This document shows positions 27,406-32,000 of a DNA stretch of 32,000 nucleotides, in pieces. Where the stretch lies: assembly GCF_000283555.1 (NCBI RefSeq), contig NC_016012.1, positions 540,001-572,000 of the forward strand, read 5' to 3'. The DNA is from Candidatus Arthromitus sp. SFB-rat-Yit (GTDB lineage: Bacteria; Bacillota; Clostridia; Clostridiales; Clostridiaceae). How positions within the stretch are numbered: the first letter of the stretch is position 1; the number at the start of each line of letters is the position of its first letter. Both the position numbers and the translations under genes were made by a program. The notes below the pieces were generated by a model, which saw only the letters and a program-made list of their open reading frames with translations, ran no database searches and was not told the origin of the DNA.

Positions 27406-27816
27406 TTGAACAAAGAAATTAATGGTATAATTCTTAATCAAATTAAGTTGTTTGATACTTTGCAAAAACATTTAGAAGAGCAAAAAGAATTTATAAAGAA
27501 TAATAAATTGTTTGAACTTGATGGAGTATCTGTGAAAATTAATAATGTTTGTAAGAGCGTTGCGGATGAAGAGGTTAAGCTTAGAAAATTATTAAATAAA
27601 GAATGTATTAAAGATTTTGTTATGAGGAACAAAGATGATAAAGAATTATACGAAAGTTATATACTTCTCGTTTCTTTGGTTGAAAAGCTGAGTTTAATTA
27701 AGGAAGATAATAAATTTCTTATCAAAAAATCGTTGAGCTTTACAAATAAACTATTATCCTCTATTAATAAAAATACAAATCAATCTAATGTTTACACAAG
27801 AAAGCTTAATTATTAA
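27406..27816 (+). CDS. flgN: Flagellar chaperone FlgN
   Basis: FlgN-like helical protein immediately upstream of flgK. TTG 27406 preceded by GGAGG; the listed start at 27379 is upstream of the RBS. Confidence 0.7.
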   Translation: MNKEINGIILNQIKLFDTLQKHLEEQKEFIKNNKLFELDGVSVKINNVCKSVADEEVKLRKLLNKECIKDFVMRNKDDKELYESYILLVSLVEKLSLIKEDNKFLIKKSLSFTNKLLSSINKNTNQSNVYTRKLNY

Positions 27817-27854
27817 ATTTTAATTATTGTTCATTAGAAAGGGGGAGTTTTATT

Positions 27855-29591
27855 TTGGCAGGTTTGTTTAATACTCTTAATATTTCTAAACGTGGTATAA
27901 ATGTTATGCAGGCAGGTCTTAACGCAACTTCACATAATATTAGCAATGCATCACGAACAGATTATACAAGACAAAGAATAAGAGTTGAAGCGTCCTCACC
28001 ATTAACAACTGTTGGAAGTGCTGGTCAAATTGGAACAGGTGCCCAAGTTGCAATGGTTGAGAGAGTTAGAAACACTTTTTTAGATTATCAAATTAGAAAT
28101 GAAAATTCAGCTCTTGCAGATGCAAATGTTCGTCAAAATGTTTTATCTGAAATAGAAACACTTGTTAACGAAAGTGGTGATAAGGGACTTAGCAAAATGT
28201 TTGATAAATTTTTTGACAGTTGGCAGGATTTATCAAAAAATCCATCTGATATTAATACAAGGAATATTGTTTTGCAAGAGGCGTCTAACATGACAACGGA
28301 GATAAACCGTATTTATTCAAAACTTCAAGAATCAAAGGTCGATGTAAACGATACTATTAAAAATTCGGTTGTTGAGGTTAATTCAATTCTTAATGAAATT
28401 AATGAGCTTAATCAAAAGATACAAGAAATTACTGTAGTTGGAAATCAACCAAATGATTTAATGGATAAGAGAGATGCTCTTCTTGATCAGCTTAGCAGCA
28501 AAATGGGAATAACGATTGAAAATAAAAAAAATAACGGGATCAATGTTAATGGAAAAGATATAGCACTTGGAAATTTAGTGAGCAACAAAGAAGGTCAAAA
28601 CGATTTAAGATTAACATATGTAGAAGAAATTGAGGTAAATGGACAGGGAGGATTTCCTAAAGATGTAACAATAACTTATTATAAAAATAACGATTCAAGC
28701 GATCCCAATAACAGAGCTACACTTGTAATAGAGAACATGAATGAGAAAGATTTTAATGATCTTCAAAAGAATAGAATTGTTTTATCAAATAAAGAAGGAA
28801 ATCTTGTTGATAAAACAGGAACTGAAATTAAAACTCCACAAATTACTTCAACTAATTTCTCATCGCTTACTCTAAGCACTGGAGAGCTTGGTGGCCTCCA
28901 AAAATCCCATAACGAACTCGATTCTTTTATAAATCAATTAAATCAATTGACAAAGTCTATTGTTTTTTCTGTAAATGCTGTTCATAGTGGTAAGACAGAT
29001 GCAACTGCAGATACTTTGCCATTTTTTGTAAGTTCAGAAGGCGGAGATGAAAATTCTATAACTGCGGGGAACATTTCTATAAACAAAACTCTTTTAGATG
29101 ATCCTATGAAGTTAAAAGTAAGAAAGAATGATCATATGTTTGACGATGGTACACAAAATTCAATAGATGGACAAGGTGATGGAGATAGAGCTTTAGCTAT
29201 TGCATCTTTAAGAGATAAGTTGTTTAATATTTCTGATATTGGAAAAACTATTAATAGCAGAGAAGATTTTTTTAATCCGAATAAAGGTGGAAGTGAGCTT
29301 GTAAATAACGGACTTGATATTACTAATGCGAAAAGTGGGGTAAAGATTGAATCGCAATATAAAAATATGGTGACTACTGTTGGCATAAGAGCACAGGAAT
29401 CAGCTAGAGAAGCAGATAATTTTGAGGATCTTGTTTATAATCTTGAAATTTCTAGAATGAGTGTTTCTGGAGTTTCACTCGATGAAGAAATGAGTAGCCT
29501 TATAACTTTTCAACATGCATACAATGCAAGTGCAAGAGTTATCTCAACGGTAGATAAGTTATTGGATGTTATTATAAACGGATTGATGTAA
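27855..29591 (+). CDS. flgK: Flagellar hook-associated protein FlgK
   Basis: LFNTLNISKRGINVMQAGLNATSHNISNASRTDYTRQRI; C-terminal SLDEEMSSLITFQHAYNASARVISTVDKLLDVIINGL. Confidence 0.96.
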   Translation: MAGLFNTLNISKRGINVMQAGLNATSHNISNASRTDYTRQRIRVEASSPLTTVGSAGQIGTGAQVAMVERVRNTFLDYQIRNENSALADANVRQNVLSEIETLVNESGDKGLSKMFDKFFDSWQDLSKNPSDINTRNIVLQEASNMTTEINRIYSKLQESKVDVNDTIKNSVVEVNSILNEINELNQKIQEITVVGNQPNDLMDKRDALLDQLSSKMGITIENKKNNGINVNGKDIALGNLVSNKEGQNDLRLTYVEEIEVNGQGGFPKDVTITYYKNNDSSDPNNRATLVIENMNEKDFNDLQKNRIVLSNKEGNLVDKTGTEIKTPQITSTNFSSLTLSTGELGGLQKSHNELDSFINQLNQLTKSIVFSVNAVHSGKTDATADTLPFFVSSEGGDENSITAGNISINKTLLDDPMKLKVRKNDHMFDDGTQNSIDGQGDGDRALAIASLRDKLFNISDIGKTINSREDFFNPNKGGSELVNNGLDITNAKSGVKIESQYKNMVTTVGIRAQESAREADNFEDLVYNLEISRMSVSGVSLDEEMSSLITFQHAYNASARVISTVDKLLDVIINGLM

Positions 29592-29610
29592 TTGATGGGA
29601 GGATAAGAGA

Positions 29611-30582
29611 ATGAGGATTACAAATGGTATGACTAATCGGAATTTCAATTATAACCTTCATAAGAATCTTACAAGAATGAACAAAATAGATAATCAGTTG
29701 AATACAGGTAAGGAAATTAATAAAATTTCAGACGATCCTGCTAAAGCAGCAAAAATTATGCGACTTAAAACTGATATAGCAAAGAATGCACAATACAATA
29801 AAAATATTGTTGATGCAACTAATCACCTTGATGTTACGGATAAAGCTTTGGAACAAGCAAATGATGGACTTCAAAAGATGAGAGAACTTTTGGTTAGTGC
29901 AGGTAATGCAACTTATGGATCAGATGAAAGAGCAGCATTAAAAGAAGAAATATCTCAACTTGTAAATAAAATGGGAGATGTTTTGAATACAACTTTTGAT
30001 GGTAAATATGTATTTGGTGGTGAGAGGATTGATCAAAAGCCGTTAAATATATCAAAAGATCCAGTAAGTGGGAATATTAAGCTTGAGTATAATGGAAAAA
30101 ATGGGCAAGCAATAACTCAAGTTGAATTAGATCAAATTAGACAGCCAATTGAGATGGAAGTTTCTCCTGGAGTAAAAATTGATTATGGAGTTAATGTAAC
30201 TGAAATGATTGAGTTTAAGGATAAGGATGGGAACGATGTTAATCTCATGGAGAGTTTTGAGAAAATTTTGGAAAACTTAGATAATACTGATGAGAATGCC
30301 TATAAAGAGCTTATAACAAAAAATTTGGAACAAATTGATGATGCACTTCAAAATGTTTCAAGAATAAGAGGTCAAATTGGTTCAAAACAAAATCGAATGG
30401 AAGATGCACTCGAGAGAAATGAAGAAGAAAAATTTAATATAAAAGAAATTTTATCGAGTATTGAAGATATAGACTTTGCAGAAAAAACAATTGATTATGT
30501 AACAGCTATGACGATGTATACAGCTTCACTTCAAGCAAGTTCAAAGATAATGCAACCGTCATTGATCGACTATTTAAGATAA
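29611..30582 (+). CDS. flgL: Flagellar hook-associated protein FlgL
   Basis: MRITNGMTNRNFNYNLHKNLTRMNKIDNQLNTGKEINKISDDPAKAAKIMRL; flagellin-like C-terminus. Confidence 0.94.
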   Translation: MRITNGMTNRNFNYNLHKNLTRMNKIDNQLNTGKEINKISDDPAKAAKIMRLKTDIAKNAQYNKNIVDATNHLDVTDKALEQANDGLQKMRELLVSAGNATYGSDERAALKEEISQLVNKMGDVLNTTFDGKYVFGGERIDQKPLNISKDPVSGNIKLEYNGKNGQAITQVELDQIRQPIEMEVSPGVKIDYGVNVTEMIEFKDKDGNDVNLMESFEKILENLDNTDENAYKELITKNLEQIDDALQNVSRIRGQIGSKQNRMEDALERNEEEKFNIKEILSSIEDIDFAEKTIDYVTAMTMYTASLQASSKIMQPSLIDYLR

Positions 30583-30686
30583 ACTTAATTGTATATATTT
30601 TTTAAACAGGATAATAATATTATTAAAAATATTTTTAAAAAGTATTTTGATTTTTTTAATTTTTGAATTTGGGAGGAATTTAATCA

Positions 30687-31094
30687 ATGGGAGAGCAAAT
30701 GGTTTTAAAAAATGGTAGTGTAGTATTTGAAAAAGGGTTACCTGGATTTGATGGGCTTAAAAATTTTGAATTAGTAGCATTGGAGCAGGTTGGATTTTTT
30801 AATTTAAGTTCTTCTGAACAGGAAAATATTTCTCTTCTATTAATTGATCCATATATTTATTTTCCTAATTATGAAATAGAAATTGATGATAGTACAACAG
30901 AAAGATTAAATATAAAAGATGCAAGCGATGTGTTAGTTTTAAGTGTAGTAACATTAAATGATGATGTAGAGAAAATAACTTTGAATTTAAGAGCTCCTAT
31001 AATTGTCAACCTTACTACAGGAAAATGTGAACAAGTAATATTAGATAGAGAAGATTATTTAGTTAGACAATCATTAGTAGTCAAAAGAGGGTGA
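30687..31094 (+). CDS. fliW: Flagellar assembly factor / CsrA antagonist FliW
   Basis: FEKGLPGFDGLKNFELVAL, LLLIDPYIYFPNYEIEI, DVLVLSVVTLNDD, NLRAPIIVNL; adjacent to csrA. Confidence 0.95.
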   Translation: MGEQMVLKNGSVVFEKGLPGFDGLKNFELVALEQVGFFNLSSSEQENISLLLIDPYIYFPNYEIEIDDSTTERLNIKDASDVLVLSVVTLNDDVEKITLNLRAPIIVNLTTGKCEQVILDREDYLVRQSLVVKRG

Positions 31095-31101
31095 TTTTTA
31101 A

Positions 31102-31326
31102 GTGTTAGTTATTTCACGAAAAAAAGAGGAAAGCTTATTCATTGGAGATGATATTGAGATAAAGATCGTAAAGATTGAAGATAATTGTGTAAAACTTGCA
31201 ATAGAAGCTCCAAGAGAATTAAAGATTTTAAGAAAAGAGCTTATACAAGATATTAGTTCCCAAAATAAGAAATCTATTTCTTCTAATATGATTGACGTTA
31301 TTTCTAAGATTGATAATTTAAAATAG
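31102..31326 (+). CDS. csrA: Carbon storage / translational regulator CsrA
   Basis: MLVISRKKEESLFIGDDIEIKIVKIEDNCVKLAIEAPRELKILRKEL. Confidence 0.96.
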   Translation: MLVISRKKEESLFIGDDIEIKIVKIEDNCVKLAIEAPRELKILRKELIQDISSQNKKSISSNMIDVISKIDNLK

Positions 31327-31370
31327 GCAGGTTTATGTAATTATTATTTGAAAATAGGTAGGTAATATTT

Positions 31371-31751
31371 ATGTTAAACGCAAGGGATACTTACAAAAAC
31401 AGTAGTATTAACAACGTATCGAAGGAAAAGCTCTTGATTATGTTAGTTGAAGGTGGAGTCAAGTTTTGTAAGATTGCAAAACTTGCCTTTAAAACTAATA
31501 ATTTAAAAGAGATTCATACAAACTTGATTAAAGCTCAAGATATTTTTTATGAGCTTATGATAACCCTAGATACTGAAAAGGGTGGAGTTTGGGCAGAAAA
31601 CTTAAAAAGTATATACGCTTTTATAATAGATAGGCTTTCTAAGTGTAATATTGAGAAGAACGAAGCAATACTTGATGAAGTTTTTCCTGTTGTCCAAGAA
31701 GTAAATGATATGTGGCAAGAGGTTTATAAGAAGGTTTCTAGCTCGAAATAA
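31371..31751 (+). CDS. fliS: Flagellin chaperone FliS
   Basis: YKNSSINNVSKEKLLIMLVEGGVKFCKIAK, helical protein between csrA and fliD. Confidence 0.9.
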   Translation: MLNARDTYKNSSINNVSKEKLLIMLVEGGVKFCKIAKLAFKTNNLKEIHTNLIKAQDIFYELMITLDTEKGGVWAENLKSIYAFIIDRLSKCNIEKNEAILDEVFPVVQEVNDMWQEVYKKVSSSK

Positions 31752-31768
31752 TTTTAGGAGGGATATAT

Positions 31769-32000
31769 ATGTCATCGATTCAAATGACTGGTATGGCCTC
31801 TGGTTTGGATACAAAAGCTATTGTAGAAAGTATGCTTCAGACTGAAAAAAGTAAGATCGACCGAATAAATCAAAATAAACAAATACTAGAGTGGAGACAG
31901 GAACTCTATAGGGAAATAATAACAGAAGTTAGGGATTTTTCTAAGAAATATTTTGATCCACTTAATAAAGAAACTTATATAATGGGTTCTGGATCTCTTT
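31769..32000 (+). CDS. fliD: Flagellar cap protein FliD, N-terminal fragment (runs off window)
   Basis: GGAGGG RBS, then MSSIQMTGMASGLDTKAIVESMLQTEKSKIDRINQNKQILEWRQELYREII. Confidence 0.9.
   Translation, partial: MSSIQMTGMASGLDTKAIVESMLQTEKSKIDRINQNKQILEWRQELYREIITEVRDFSKKYFDPLNKETYIMGSGSL

Noticed and set aside
30612-30625. TAATAATATTATTA perfect palindrome as an operator
   Set aside because: Pure A/T low-complexity sequence in a very AT-rich genome; expected by chance without further support.
1-32000. tRNA/rRNA genes, transposases, phage or defence/toxin modules
   Set aside because: I saw no tRNA-like cloverleaf, rRNA segment, transposase motif, integrase, restriction or nuclease-effector signature on either strand.

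Overview
The window is 32 kb of AT-rich, compactly coded DNA. Gene content suggests an anaerobic, flagellated Firmicute/Clostridia-like bacterium (pyruvate:ferredoxin oxidoreductase, CheC/CheD/FliY-type chemotaxis, FliW/CsrA). A 'Candidatus Arthromitus'-like origin is possible, but that is inference. The left part (1-18.8 kb) is mixed housekeeping and accessory: a UvrD-like helicase tail, IlvE, a frame-broken small secreted-protein gene on the minus strand, an ECF sigma factor with a membrane partner, a Tyr/Asp-rich tandem-repeat membrane protein, an APC permease, a secreted DUF4214-like protein with three internal repeats, tRNA 2-selenouridine synthase (probable ATT start), a secreted beta-repeat protein, a beta-CASP metallo-hydrolase, PFOR, NagZ, a Myb-like DNA-binding protein, DUF1450 and DUF1292 proteins, a HAD phosphatase and a second class-IV aminotransferase. 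The right part (18.9-32 kb) is an uninterrupted co-directional chemotaxis/flagellar cluster: cheW-cheD-cheB-cheR-cheA-cheC-cheY-cheW-fliM-fliY-flgN-flgK-flgL-fliW-csrA-fliS-fliD. I found no clear defence system, CRISPR array, prophage or novel multi-gene system. The most interesting points are (1) CheB with Asn at the receiver phosphoacceptor position, (2) a 31-nt-arm imperfect inverted repeat at 3193-3302, (3) the YD-rich tandem-repeat protein, (4) the frame-disrupted small secreted-protein gene and (5) the probable ATT start codon of mnmH. Functional names come from reading motifs; no database search was run.
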